Positions 18,135 through 29,996 of a stretch of 64,000 nt of DNA are shown here, in pieces. This stretch comes from an uncultured delta proteobacterium (GTDB lineage Bacteria; Desulfobacterota; Syntrophobacteria; BM002). The translations under genes were made by a program, and so were the position numbers. Each line of letters begins with the position of its first letter. The first letter of the stretch is position 1. The notes below the pieces were generated by a model that did not search any database, was not told the DNA's origin, and saw only the letters and a list, made by a program, of their open reading frames with translations. The DNA lies in the NCBI GenBank assembly GCA_963712115.1, contig CAVQGX010000040.1:1-64000 (forward strand). Reading direction: 5' to 3'.

Positions 18135-18670
18135 TGACTCTGTGCCTAGTCCTTAGTGCCTAGTATCAAGCTGCCTTCTGCCTTCCGTCCTCTGACTTCT
18201 GACCTCCGACCTCTGACTTCTTACCCTCTACCCTCTGCCCCATACTCCATGCCTTCCCAAATCCGCAATCCGAAATCCTATTTCCTGTCCTCCGACCACT
18301 GACCCCTACCTTCTACAATAAATGACAGCGAAGCGTATTGACCTAATGACGGCGAAGCCAAGTGACAGCGTAGCGCCTCCTTGGCCATTTGGCCAAATCT
18401 GTCCTCTGTTCTCCGACCTCTGACCTCCGACCTCTGATCTCTCATCAATTCTCTCCGCGTCCCCGCGTCGCCCCTCTGTGCCTAGTGCTTAGTGCATAGT
18501 GCCTAGTGGTCAGCTGCCTGCTGCCTGCTGCCTTCCCAAATCCGAAATCCGCAATTCGAAATCCGCATTTCTGCCCTCTGTCCTCTGACTTCTGACCTCC
18601 GACTTCTGACCTCTTTCCCTCTGCTCCATGCCCTATGCTCTATGCTCATGACCATTTAGCCAATCACCAT
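18135..18670. repeat. Long pyrimidine-rich mosaic of 7-9-mer tandem repeats with internal duplication
   Basis: TGCCTAG, CTCTGAC/CTCCGAC, AATCCGC/AATCCGA, CTGCCTG and CTATGC[CT] arrays; 18138-18290 resembles 18474-18650. Confidence 0.75.
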
Positions 18671-18888
18671 TTGTCCTCTGGCCAAGTTTTTGCAAACCCG
18701 TAGAAAAGGCTACAAAACCGGTAAATTTATAACTATATGATTCTACTTATTTTTTACTATTCCAGTGACCATTTCCGGTCGTTGTTCCCCATCTTGTCAG
18801 CAGAGGAGCAGAATTTTCCAGTTCGATTAGGAACAAAATTACATTTTAACAGCATGAAATATCTAGAAAAAACGTGAATTGCTGAATT

Positions 18889-18904
18889 TGGCACACCCTT
18901 TGCG
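18889..18904 (+). promoter_or_regulatory. Sigma-54 promoter of the giant C25 gene operon
   Basis: TGGCACACCCTTTGCG; IHF-like TAACTATATGATT at 18730-18742. Confidence 0.8.
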
Positions 18905-19018
18905 TAAAAGTTAGCCAATATTAAATGGTTGCTACAGCTTATTGCGCCGGACTTTGATAACTATGATGAAAAGACCTTGCCAAAATAACGCCCCTCTTGA
19001 TTTCTCAGGGCATATCTT

Positions 19019-22000
19019 GTGAAGTCAGCGGGGTACTCAATCTTTCGACGGACTCTCATGCTCCTTTTGTCGACCGTGATTCTTGTGGTCACGGCATCCG
19101 GGGCCCAGCCCATCACCTGGTCCGGCGAACTCCTTACGAACCCGGGATTCGAGACGGGGTTCAACCGGATGGACCAATTCGGACAAAGTGTGAGCATAGG
19201 ATATCAATGCGTCAACAACTGCGACGCGAATCCTCATTCTGGCTCCAACGTGGCATACTGGACGGCCCCTTCTGGCTCATCCAATTATCTCTTCAAACAG
19301 TCAATCTATCAGGTTATGCAAGCGACATCGATGCCGGAAAGGCAGTCATCAATGCGACAGGGTGGTTCATTTCTGATGAGTATCCCTGCTCAAGATTTGT
19401 TTTATATGCAGGTGAGGTTTTATGACGGATCGAGTAGTGAGATCGTTGCCGACAGGTATGACACCGGAACTCAAGAGGTGGCAACTTGGACGCAATACGG
19501 TATCACAGGGTACACCATTCCCAACGGCGCGCGGTCGGTTGAGATTCGTTTCAACACATGGGAGGATACCTGGGGTGGGGGTTCGGCGGACGATTTTTCG
19601 GTGGAGGTGGGAACACCATGCGGTGGTGGCTCCTTTGACCAGTGTGATACCTTCAACAGCTATTCCGGCGATCCGGATTGTCTCTCAAGGCCTACTTTTG
19701 GCAACTGGACCAGCCAGGCCGGTTCTGATGGCGCTAACGGATGGGCTACCGATCCTAATAGTCCCCGCCTCCGGCACTACCGGCCCCGGCACACCAATAG
19801 ACGGATCTTATTTGTATCTGGAAAGTTCGGCAAGTAGCCAGACTTGCGGCAGTGATGTCACTGCCGGAAGTTCTCAGTATGTAGAAAGCAATACCATTGA
19901 TGCCAGTTCATACGCATTATCATTTGAGTTTGACTGGAACATGAATGTCAATGACAATACCGATGCCTCGCTTCATGTTGATGCGTGGAACGGATCTTCA
20001 TGGGATTTAGATGTTAACGGCAGCGCGATCAACAACGGTAACAATACAGACGTATGGGTTTCACAACCGGCGATTGATCTTTCATCCTATACTAATTCGG
20101 ATTTCAAAATCAGGATCAGGTACGTCGTTGGCAATGGCACCATCTATCAGAATGATGTGGCTGTGGATAATCTTTGTATTCATGGAGATTTGCGACTAGC
20201 CACTTCCTCCCTGACCCAAACCCACTACCGCTGGCGCAATGATGATGGGGGAGAATCGGCGTCGGCGGGTTGGTGGAACGTAAGCTATCTTTACAGAAAG
20301 AAGGTCACCTTCGGAACTAGTCACTCTTTGCTCCCTCTTGGTTACACCGTCACGGTGCCCATGGATACCAGACCGGCGAACACCAACGTTGAACTAACAT
20401 CCGGCAACGATGTTCGCGTGGTGTGGCAGCCCACGGCAGGGGGTGCTGTGGAACTGGCCCGAATCGGCGACACCTGGAACAGCACCGCAACGAATATTGA
20501 CTTCCGTCTGCAGTCGGATATCGGCGCCAATCTCAACGAGGATGCGGACGGCAGCTACTACATCTATTACGGTAATGCCGCTGCGGGAACGCCGCCGACC
20601 AATGAAATGAACGTGTATTATTTTGCGGACTTTTTCACTCGAGCGAATAGCTCAACAGTAGGCAATGGCTGGACGGAATGGAACGATGGAACAAGCAATA
20701 TGTACATTCAAGGGAATGCCTTATATTCCCTAGGAAATAATGTTGGACCCCCTGATGCAGGCGTAAAGCAAAGCTTGGGCCTGGGAGCGATCACCGGCAA
20801 TTTCACTTTGTCTTTTAATGTGACCATTCAGACGAATGCAGAGGGGACCTGGACGCATTATGTCAATGTGGGAAATTCAGCCACAATGCTGAACTCCAGT
20901 CGTACGACCGGAGTGGGTCCAGGTATTTACTTCGGTGAAGGCACTCATTTTGTGCCGGACAGTGGAAATTACAATATCAGCAATGATCTGAGCGGCAATA
21001 TGGAGACCGGCGTAACCGGCGCTCAAAGTATCAGAGTGGTGGTGAATACGGGGGCAAACACCTATGACTATTACCGGGGGGGTACCCTTCGCTCATCAGG
21101 ACAGAATTTTGTCAACAACGGTGTGACCCTCAATCAGATTCGTATTGCCAATGACCAGTATAGCAACACCGAGGCTGCCTTCATTTACGACAATGTAAAG
21201 ATCGTTCTGGATGTGGCTGATGCGCCCGAGGAAACTTTGGGCAGTGAAGATGTCTATCAGCCGAGCGGCGCCACCTGGGCGGCCGACGAAGACCAACCGC
21301 TCACCGGTCTGGCCAAGGGCACGAACATCCGTGTCCGCTTCCTTGTATCCAACGAGGGAACTGGGCCTTCAGGTACGGTGGCATATCAACTTGAGGTGGC
21401 AGAAACCGCTGCCTGCGGTTCCGGCAGCTACAGTGCGGTGCCGGGTACTGCTAGTCCTGGTGATCACTGGGAAATTGTGGACTCTGGCTATATTACTGAC
21501 GGGGAAAGCACCTTTAATATTGATCCAGGTCTGACCGACCCGCTGACTGGTAATTTTACAAACGGTGAGCTGCGAGATGATAACTCCAACACAACGGGGC
21601 CCATCGATCTAGGTGCAGGCGATTTTACCGAGATCGAGTTTGCCATCCAGGCGACCAAATCTGCTACAGGCAGTGGTGATTACTGTTTTCGATTATATGA
21701 CACCACGGGTGGCGCACCTCTGGATACCTACTCCGTGTATGCACAAGTGCAGCTGGACGATGGTGTCTTTGGTTACCGAAAACCGATCACTATACCTGCC
21801 GCGAGCATGGGGGCAGGTTGCACGGCGGACCTCACTGACTTCCCGGTGCTTATCAGCATCACAGACTCCGACCTAACGAGCAAGGCGAGAAGTGATGGCT
21901 ATGACATTATCTTCAGGGCTCTGGATGACGGTACCTGCGGGGGGGCGGGGACAGCACCCTGCCACTTGGACCACGAGATTGAAAGCTTTAATAGTTCAAC

Positions 22001-25000
22001 TGGGGAACTCATTACCTGGGTCAGAATTCCCACCTTGTCCTACAACGGTGATACCACCATTTACATGTATTATGGAAACCCCAGTGTCTACGAGGCCACA
22101 GAACGTCCTGCCGGGGTCTGGGATGCCAATTACGTGGGTGTCTGGCATTTACATGAGAGTCCCAACGACGGTGTGGCTGGGCATGTGGATTCCACGGGTA
22201 ACCCTAATGTTGGCACACCACAGAACTTCCAGGATGGTGGTGGGGGCTCGACCAATGCGACTGGAAAAATAGGTGGGGCAGACTATTTTGCCGGCGACGA
22301 TGATCTTGTGGATTGCGGCAACAATGCCATACTCAATGTCAATTATGTCACGGTTGAACTCTGGATCAATATAAATAGCTGGGTGAGTGACGGCGGCATC
22401 CTGGCAAAAGGTGACAACGGTTATCGTCAGTACTGGATGTGGACATATAATTCAGCAGGGTCGTTTGAAGTTGATGAGGGTATCCATCAGAATAATGCGT
22501 GGAATTTTCCATCGGGAGCGTGGACACATCTGGTCTTAATCTATGACGGGTCCAATGTCATCACTTATACAAATGGTGTCCAAGAAAATATTTATCCTCA
22601 AACAACCGGCGTTATCGACAGCCAGACACCGAATTTATTTTTCGGATACATCCCGAGCTACAATTATTTCGACGGCAGCCTGGACGAAGTTCGCATCACC
22701 AATGGAGTGCGAGATCTCTGCTGGATTGAAACCGAATACGCCAACCAGAACAATCCGGGCGATATCGGCAGTCCCGGCTTTTACACCATCGGCGGTGAGG
22801 AAGGCGGCCCGGCCACAGCGGTTGATCTTGTCTCCTTTACGGCCAAAGGTGAGGGGAGCTCTGTTCTGGTGGAATGGGAGACGGCCCAGGAGCTCAACCA
22901 CATGGGCTTTCATCTCTATCGGGCCAGGAGCCCCTGGGGTCCCTTCACCCGGCTCACCGACAAACTGATTTCCGGCCTGACCTCTTCGGTTGTGGGCAGG
23001 AAGTACTCCTATGAGGACAAAGACGTCACCCGGGGAGAGATCTACTACTACCAGCTGGAAGACATTGACATCTTCGGCAAGAAGACCCTCCACGGCCCCA
23101 TCTGTGTGGACTGGGATGGTGACGGCCTGCCTGATGACTGGGAGATCGCCCACGGGCTAAATCCCGGTTTTGATGACGCTGATTTCGATTGGGACGGTGA
23201 CGGGCTGACCAATCTGGAAGAATACCTCCGGGGTACTGATCCCTTCAACCCGGACACTGATGGCGACGGTATCTTGGATGGTGATGAGTCCATAGAAAGA
23301 GACCCGGATGACCAAGATATAGCCGGCACCCTGGGCCCCGGCGTTTACCTGGTGGCATCTGATGAGACGGGCACTACCCTGGAACTGCGCACCGATTCCT
23401 TTGACTTCAATATTGTTCAGGCTGAAGGGCAAGAATTCGAGCGGCTCAGGATTAAAGACTACATCCACGGCTTCACCGATGTGGTGGGCAAACCCGAGCT
23501 TCCCCTCAAGGGAATCCTTTTGGATATTCCGGAAGGATATGGGGCAACCTTAAACGTTTTAGAGACGGAAGATGAGGTGCATACCGGCTACCGGGTCTAT
23601 CCGGTTCCTGAAAAATCTGTGGACGACCAGGATCAACTAGCCCATGTGGGCGAGATATTTGTCATTGATCAAGCAGCATACAGCGTGGATGCTTTCTACC
23701 CTGATGCTGCGGCTCTACTGGGCAAAGAGTATCTCTTCCGGGGCCAGCAAAAGCAGCAGATTTTCTTCCATCCCCTCACCTTCAACCCGGCCACCGGAGA
23801 GCTCCGCCACCACCGCCGCATCCGGGTTCGGGTGGACTATGTAGTCGTGGAAGAGTTGAAGACAGCCGGCCCCGAGCCACACGGTCTGGGCACCACCTGG
23901 GGTGGATAGAGATTCTTTTGATTCACTCTCCATGGTGGAGATGGCGGCGTGGGAACCTCCTTCGACATCTAAAGCTGTCTACAAGATCCTGGTCTCCGAA
24001 GAAGGCATCTACCGCCTGACCAGGAGCTGGCTCCAGGCTCAAGGTTTGACTGCGACCGAACTAGCAGAAATAGATCTCAGCCAGGTACGGCTCTACAACC
24101 TAGGCCAGGAGATTGCCATCTCTGTTTACGATCAAGACAGGGACAACCAGTTTGATCCGGAAGACTACATTGACTTTTACGGCAGGGCTGTGGATGACAG
24201 CTACGCAAAATACACCAGCCAAAATGTCTACTGGCTCACTCTTGCAGGGGGCGTGGGTGCACCAAAGAGAATGGCTGAAACTGACTCCACCCCGGGAAGT
24301 CTCACTGTTCCTGCAACCCACTCTTTTACCGTTCACCATGAGGAGGACAGAAACTATTGGGCCAGGGCTCCTGGCGGTGACTCTCTGGACCGCTACTTCT
24401 TCCACCCCTATGTAATGGGAGAAGATATATCATTCGCTGGAGATCAGGAGATCCGGTCTCCTTCGACCTTTCCTTACCAGGTGTTTCCGGCCAGGGAACT
24501 CTCAAGATAATGCTGGGCGGCACCTGGGACACCGATCACCAGGTAGCTGTCTCCTTGAATGGCACCCCTGTGGATACCTACACCTGGAGCGGTATTGGAT
24601 TTTATGAGGTTCAAATCGACAATGTCGATCTTGTGGACGGAGACAACACGGTTACCCTCGAGTGTTTGACCGGGCAGGATTCCATTGCGGTTGACTGGTT
24701 CGAGGTGACATATCCGAGGAGCTTTGAGGCTAGCAGTGACGTTTTAAGATTCACCCACGAGACAGGCTACCGCTTCCAGGTTGCCGAGTTTAGTAAAGAC
24801 GACCTTCTGGCCTTTGACATTACCTCCCCTGGCGATGTGGAGCGGCTGGTAAATTTTGCAGACCACAGGCGCCGGGCCCTACTATACCCTGGATTTTGAG
24901 CCGGAAATTGCCTCAGGAGAGAGAACCTATCTGGTTCTCACCTCGGATCAGGTAAAAACCCCGGTTGCTATCATCGAGGATGAGTACGGCAACCTGGCCA

Positions 25001-26524
25001 ATACTGCCACCGGTGCCGACTACATCCTGATCACCCAAAAAGACCTGGGTTGGGATGTAAATGGAGATCCCTATTCATGGTTGAGTGATCTTGCGGCCCT
25101 TCGCCAAGCTCAGGGTCTTAGAGTCAAGGTGGTGGATGTGGAAGATGTCTTTGATGAGTTTAGTTACGGCATCTCTGCGCCTGAGGCTATCCTGGATTTT
25201 CTCGCCCATGCTTACACCAACTGGAGTCCGCCTGCACCGCAATACGTGCTCCTGGTGGGAGACAGCACCAGAAATCCCAAAAATAATGCTGATCCTACTC
25301 GTGGGCTGGACAGTGTGACCACTTATCTTCCCACCTATTTGACTTTTACCGAGCATATGGGTGAAACCGCAACAGATGAGTGGTTTGTGAGAGTGAGCGG
25401 AGACGATGCCATCTCTGATCTCTACATTGGCAGGCTCCCGGCAAAAAGTGTTGATGAAGCCACGGTAATGGTCAACAAGATCCTTGCCTACGAGGGTGGT
25501 TTAAACACCAAGAGTTGGGAGAAAAATGTGCTCCTCCTGGCGGATGATCAGAGAGATGGCCCGGAATACGAGTATGAGGCCACTTTTGAAATCATGAACA
25601 ACGATGTGGCAGCCTTGCTTCCTGCAGCAATGAATGATCCAGTCAAGGGTTACCTAAATGACTATTTTGACGCAGATGATCTGAGGGCTGAGATAAAATC
25701 CGAGATAAATAGCGGCACTTTTATAGTCAACTACAGCGGCCACAGCTCCATCCAGATATGGGCGAATCACAGGATAAACTATGAAAATATCTTCAATAAC
25801 TCAGATGTGGCGACCTTGACCAATAGCAGCATGTATCCTTTCTTTGTCAGCATGGGCTGTCTTACCGGCCACTTTGTCTACCCGGAAGACTGGAACAACC
25901 CCTCCCTGGCCGAGGCACTGCTGCGGGCTGAAGACAAAGGGGCAGCAGCAGCCCTCATGTCCACAGGGCTTACCACCACCGAAGGCCAGTATATTTTGGA
26001 TACTGCCCTTTTTGATGCCATCTTCAACCAGGACGTCCGGGTGCTCGGCCAGGCAGTATCTGCTGCCAAGCAGACCCTTATGGCCAATGGTGACTCGACA
26101 TATGAAGAGGTTAATGAGACCTTTCTACTCTTTGGTGATCCGGCCATGACTCTTAGGGTACCACTTCCCCATAGACCTCAGGGGCTCAGTGCCCAAGGTC
26201 AGACCAGCAGTGTTGTCCTGAACTGGAATCAGGCTACAGACTGCAATGGCGGGACTGGTCTCAGGCTACAACCTCTACCGCAGCACCACACCTGGAGGAA
26301 CCTACACCAAGGTGAACACGGTCCTTATCAGCGGAACCCAATACGACGACACCTCGGTTGCAGCTGGAACCACTTACTACTACGTGGTGACCTCTGTTGA
26401 TCCTGATAACGGTGACGAGAGCGTCCAATCCCAGGAGGCGAGCGGTGGCACGCAAAGTGCAAATCATCCAGCAAGCGGAGGCGGAGGTGGAAGCTGTTTT
26501 ATAAATACTGCCACGGGAAAATGA
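19019..26524 (+). CDS. Giant (~2,500 aa) secreted multidomain C25 (gingipain/PorU-like) cysteine peptidase, split by multiple frameshifts
   Basis: Reassembled across ORFs 19019, 18997, 19422, 23902, 24510, 24856 and 26246. Order: signal peptide; LLTNPGFE beta-sandwich; MAM-like (GTTGP...YLYLESS); two DUF2341-like; LamG (FDGSLDEVRI); ATAVDLVSF Ig-like; DxDGDG Ca-binding repeats; C25 propeptide-like; YKILVSEEGIYRL; C25 core with NYSGH and SMGC; LFGDP; Fn3; GGGGGSCFINTATGK. Confidence 0.8.
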
Positions 26525-26580
26525 TTGGAGTATTGGAGTATTGGAGTGATGGAGTATTTGAAAGAAAAGTTGATTCTCAG

Positions 26581-26742
26581 ATGAAAAGTAAGAAGAAAGA
26601 ATATAAGAAACCCGAGGTAAAAAGAGTCAGTTTAGACGCCAAGTGTGCCGTCCTGGCCTTCTGCAAAACCAGTGGGAGCCTTGGCCCTGACGGGGATAAC
26701 TGTGGTGTGCCTCTCCCACCCTGTGCCAGCGAAGGCTCTTGA
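26581..26742 (+). CDS. Cys-rich RiPP precursor peptide (53 aa)
   Basis: MKSKKKEYKKPEVKRVSLDAKCAVLAFCKTSGSLGPDGDNCGVPLPPCASEGS; YxxP leader; directly upstream of S26 and kinase genes. The called N-terminal extension is TTGGAGTA repeats. Confidence 0.82.
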   Translation: MKSKKKEYKKPEVKRVSLDAKCAVLAFCKTSGSLGPDGDNCGVPLPPCASEGS

Positions 26743-26757
26743 GGGTTATCTGACACC

Positions 26758-27243
26758 GTGAAGGCAGCGGATCTTGCATTGAAAACCCAGATCTCATCGC
26801 CGAGTTTTAGTCTTTTGAGCGGTGAGTTGCTTAGCCTTGGCCTCGGAGTGCGTTTCCGAGCCCCTGGAACAAGCATGCAGCCCACCATTCGCCATGGGGA
26901 CGTGATCACGGTTAAGCCTGTAGCGCCAGCCAAACTCAAAAGGGGAGACATTATCCTCTATCGCCTTCGAAGCGGTTTTATTGCCCATCGTATAGTGAAC
27001 ATAGAGGAAAGAAACGGTTGTGGGCTCACCTTTATCTTGCGGGGCGACGCCTCCACCACCTGCGATGACCCGGTGGGACAGGAGCAGATCCTGGGCAAGG
27101 TTGTTTGCCTGGAGCGAAATCATCGAATCATCGACCCTTACCGCTGGAGAGTCAGACTATGGAGCATGCTTTACCTGTGGCTTGCGAGTTTGAAGAGAAG
27201 CGTTTCTCAGTGGTTTTTACCACAAAGTACACAAAGGCAATAA
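26758..27243 (+). CDS. S24/S26-family peptidase (Ser-His type), candidate leader peptidase
   Basis: GTSMQPTIRHGD, GDIILY, AHRIV, RGDA...D..V...QILGKV. Confidence 0.85.
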   Translation: MKAADLALKTQISSPSFSLLSGELLSLGLGVRFRAPGTSMQPTIRHGDVITVKPVAPAKLKRGDIILYRLRSGFIAHRIVNIEERNGCGLTFILRGDASTTCDDPVGQEQILGKVVCLERNHRIIDPYRWRVRLWSMLYLWLASLKRSVSQWFLPQSTQRQ

Positions 27244-27264
27244 TGCAGAGCCCATGGCGCCAAG

Positions 27265-27385
27265 AGTTTGGTAAACAGTAAACGGTGAACGGTAAACGGA
27301 ACTACTCTGCAACATTTCACCGTTTACCATTTACCGTTTACTATGATTTTCTCTATGCTCTATGCCCTATGCTCTATGCCCTTGG
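27265..27385. repeat. Inverted heptamer block (GTAAACG/CGTTTAC) and CTATGC[CT] array
   Basis: gtaaacagtaaacggtgaacggtaaacgg ... tttcaccgtttaccatttaccgtttac; ctctatgctctatgccctatgctctatgccc. Confidence 0.7.
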
Positions 27386-27428
27386 TGTTCTTCGTTTTCT
27401 TTGAGTTTTACTAGCGAGAGAGCAGCGC

Positions 27429-28277
27429 ATGTCAAAAAATTTGGCCATTAGAATTGGAGACGTGGCTATTTCCATTGAAGGAAAGGTCTTCGGGGAAATA
27501 GCGCCGGCCTATCTTCCCTTTGTCGCCCGAGGAAAAACCGACATCAGCCTTCGGCTGCGCCTCGGGATCCCTGACGTGGTGGTTGGAGAAAAAGTTTTCG
27601 AGTCCCCCCCGATCTGGACTCTGTACCGTGAAAACGGTACGTCCTCAATAGTACTTTTCCCAGAGATGGGTGACCTCCAGAGAACCCTCTTTTTGCCGCA
27701 CCATCTCAAACACGCCGACCTTTACTTTGCCGACGACTGTATTCGCTTCATCGATCCTTATTTTGGCCCAACCTTGGAACTTTTGCTCATCCATTACCTG
27801 GCAAAGGGAAGGGGAGTCATCCTTCACGCCTGCGGGATTGTTATTGACGATAGAGGAATTCTTTTTTTGGGGGAATCCGGGGCTGGTAAAAGCACGCTGG
27901 CGAGAATGTGGGCTCAAGAAAATGGTGTTGACATCCTCAGCGACGACAGGGTTATTGTGCGAAAACAGGGTCGTGAGTTCAGGATTTACGGAACGCCCTG
28001 GCATGGCGAGGCCGCATTCGGCATCCCCCGTGAAGCGAAGTTAGAGCGAATTTTTTTCCTCAGACACGGACAAGAGAATTCGCTCAAAGATATGAAAGGG
28101 CTCGATCCGGTATCGCACCTCCTCACCTGTTCCTTTCCCCCACTGTGGGACTCTCAAGGAATGGAATTTGTTCTGGAGTTCTTCAGCCAGGTAACAGCTC
28201 AGGTTCCATGCCAAGAACTCAGCTTCAGACCAGAAAAGAGCGCCCTCGCTCTGGTAAAAAAGATCAGCAAGTGGTAA
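27429..28277 (+). CDS. HPr-kinase-related P-loop protein
   Basis: ILHACGI...LFLGESGAGKST...LSDDR...YGTPWHG. Confidence 0.82.
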   Translation: MSKNLAIRIGDVAISIEGKVFGEIAPAYLPFVARGKTDISLRLRLGIPDVVVGEKVFESPPIWTLYRENGTSSIVLFPEMGDLQRTLFLPHHLKHADLYFADDCIRFIDPYFGPTLELLLIHYLAKGRGVILHACGIVIDDRGILFLGESGAGKSTLARMWAQENGVDILSDDRVIVRKQGREFRIYGTPWHGEAAFGIPREAKLERIFFLRHGQENSLKDMKGLDPVSHLLTCSFPPLWDSQGMEFVLEFFSQVTAQVPCQELSFRPEKSALALVKKISKW

Positions 28278-28495
28278 TGAAGATCCGCCTGATGACTTTG
28301 CCGCCGCCGGAGGTCTCAGGTGTCATTCACTATCAGGTGTCGGAGTATGAACCGGAACCGCAGAAGGAACCGAGAATATAAAATCTCAAATTCCGCATCG
28401 ATTTCAAGGTTTCGCTGCTCAGAGTTCGGCATTCGAATTTCCGATCTGAAGATCCTGAAACCTTTCTCTTTGAAGAATGAGACTTAACTTTGTCA

Positions 28496-29996
28496 ATGGC
28501 CAAACTCAGAAAACAGATTTCCCTACACGGCCAGAGCGCTTTTGCTGGGCCTCCTTGTAGCCCAGGTCATAGCTACCATACAGGTGTATCTGTCCAACCT
28601 CGATCTCCACCGCAAGCTATCGGCCATAAAGGCTGCCGGCTACCTCACCATACCGAACCAACGCATTATGCCCAGCCTCCAGGAATTCTCTCCCGCCTTC
28701 TTTGGCGGTCTTTTTTTCACTCTAAGTGTGGGTGCAGGTCTAACCCTACTCTCCATCGGAGCGGCCTGGGTATGGAATCGGGTGTTTTCACGAAACCGTT
28801 ATATTTTGATCGTTTTTTTGCTGCTCTGGCTTGGTTCTCTGGTGGAGCTGAATCACCGGGGCTTTTCCTTTGGGGCCACATGTTATTTTTTTGCCATACC
28901 CCCTGTGGTTTTCCTCGCTACCCTCAGATGGATACCCCCACGTCCAGGTAATAGGGGGTGGGTCCACGGAGCGCTACACACCATCCCGGTTGTGGTCCTG
29001 GCACTTTTGTGGACACCCCAAATTAACAAAAACTTTTTCGTGGACTTCAGAGACATTTTCCTCCTTTCGAATCCAGTTGGGATAAAGGTTAACGATTTTT
29101 ACTATGACTATACCCTCTACCCGGCGGAGGTCTTCAAGTCTCTGGACCAGAAGCTTCTCAAAACTTGCAGTCTGCAAAACCTTAAAAAGGGTGCCCTGCT
29201 GGCGCGGGTGGAGATGGAATTGCTCGATCGCGACTACCTCGCTGTGGAAACAGATGATGCAGTTGACCTTAAGGTGGTACAAGATGGTGGTATGCTGGCC
29301 TTCAACCATGAGGGCAGGACAATTCTCCAGACCACACTTGCAGATTTTCTCTCCAAACCGGCAACTGAATTGGAAGAATTCTCTGCTAAGAGTGACAGAC
29401 ACGGTTTCTTTCGACATTTTACCTTCTACTCTCTTCTCGTGGGGCTGCCCCTTGCCCTCTACCTTCTCCTCCATACTCTGATCCGTCTTCTCTGTTGCTT
29501 TTTTCTGGATGTTAGGATCTCTTCTTTGATTGCTTCAATACTTTGTCTAATTGTTGGCCTGAGCATCCTGATCCCATTCCACTATATGAGATGGACAGAT
29601 ATGGATTTGAAGGATGTCCCCCGGGCTCTGGCATCAGAGTCCTGGCAGAAGCGAGTTGCCGCCTTGAAGATCATAGAGCGAAAAGGGCTGGAAGTAAGTA
29701 GCTTTCAGCCCTATCCGAAGCTGCTTGCAAGCCCACACATAGCAGAGCGCTACTGGTTGGCGAGGGCACTGGCTGTAAGCCGTCGACCTGAAACCTACAG
29801 AGATCTCTTGGCCTTTCTGGATGATCCCCATCCCAATGTGGTTTCAATGGCCTTCTACGGAATTGGGCAGAGGGGAGATATAAGGGGTGTCAGCGAAATT
29901 CTAACAAGGATCAAAACATCTGATCACTGGTACAACCAATGGTATGCTTACAAAGCCTTGCGGGCCCTAGGATGGAAGCAAAGGAAATCCAGATAA
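28496..29996 (+). CDS. Multi-TM membrane protein with C-terminal HEAT-like repeats (5' frameshift near 28520)
   Basis: Several hydrophobic helices; WQKRVAALK, ERYWLARAL, LDDPHPNVVSMA, WYNQWYAYKAL. ATG 28496 joins the 28542 frame with one indel. Confidence 0.72.

Noticed and set aside
18135-18670. CRISPR array
   Set aside because: The repeats are degenerate 7-9-mers with no constant 25-40 bp repeat, no unique spacers and no cas genes.
26400-26524. T9SS CTD or PEP-CTERM sorting signal on the giant protein
   Set aside because: No CTD-like motif, no PEP+TM+basic tail, and no exosortase in the window.
26521-26580. N-terminal 20 aa of the precursor ORF (MIGVLEYWSDG...)
   Set aside because: Derived from TTGGAGTA octamer repeats; the leader motif starts at ATG 26581.
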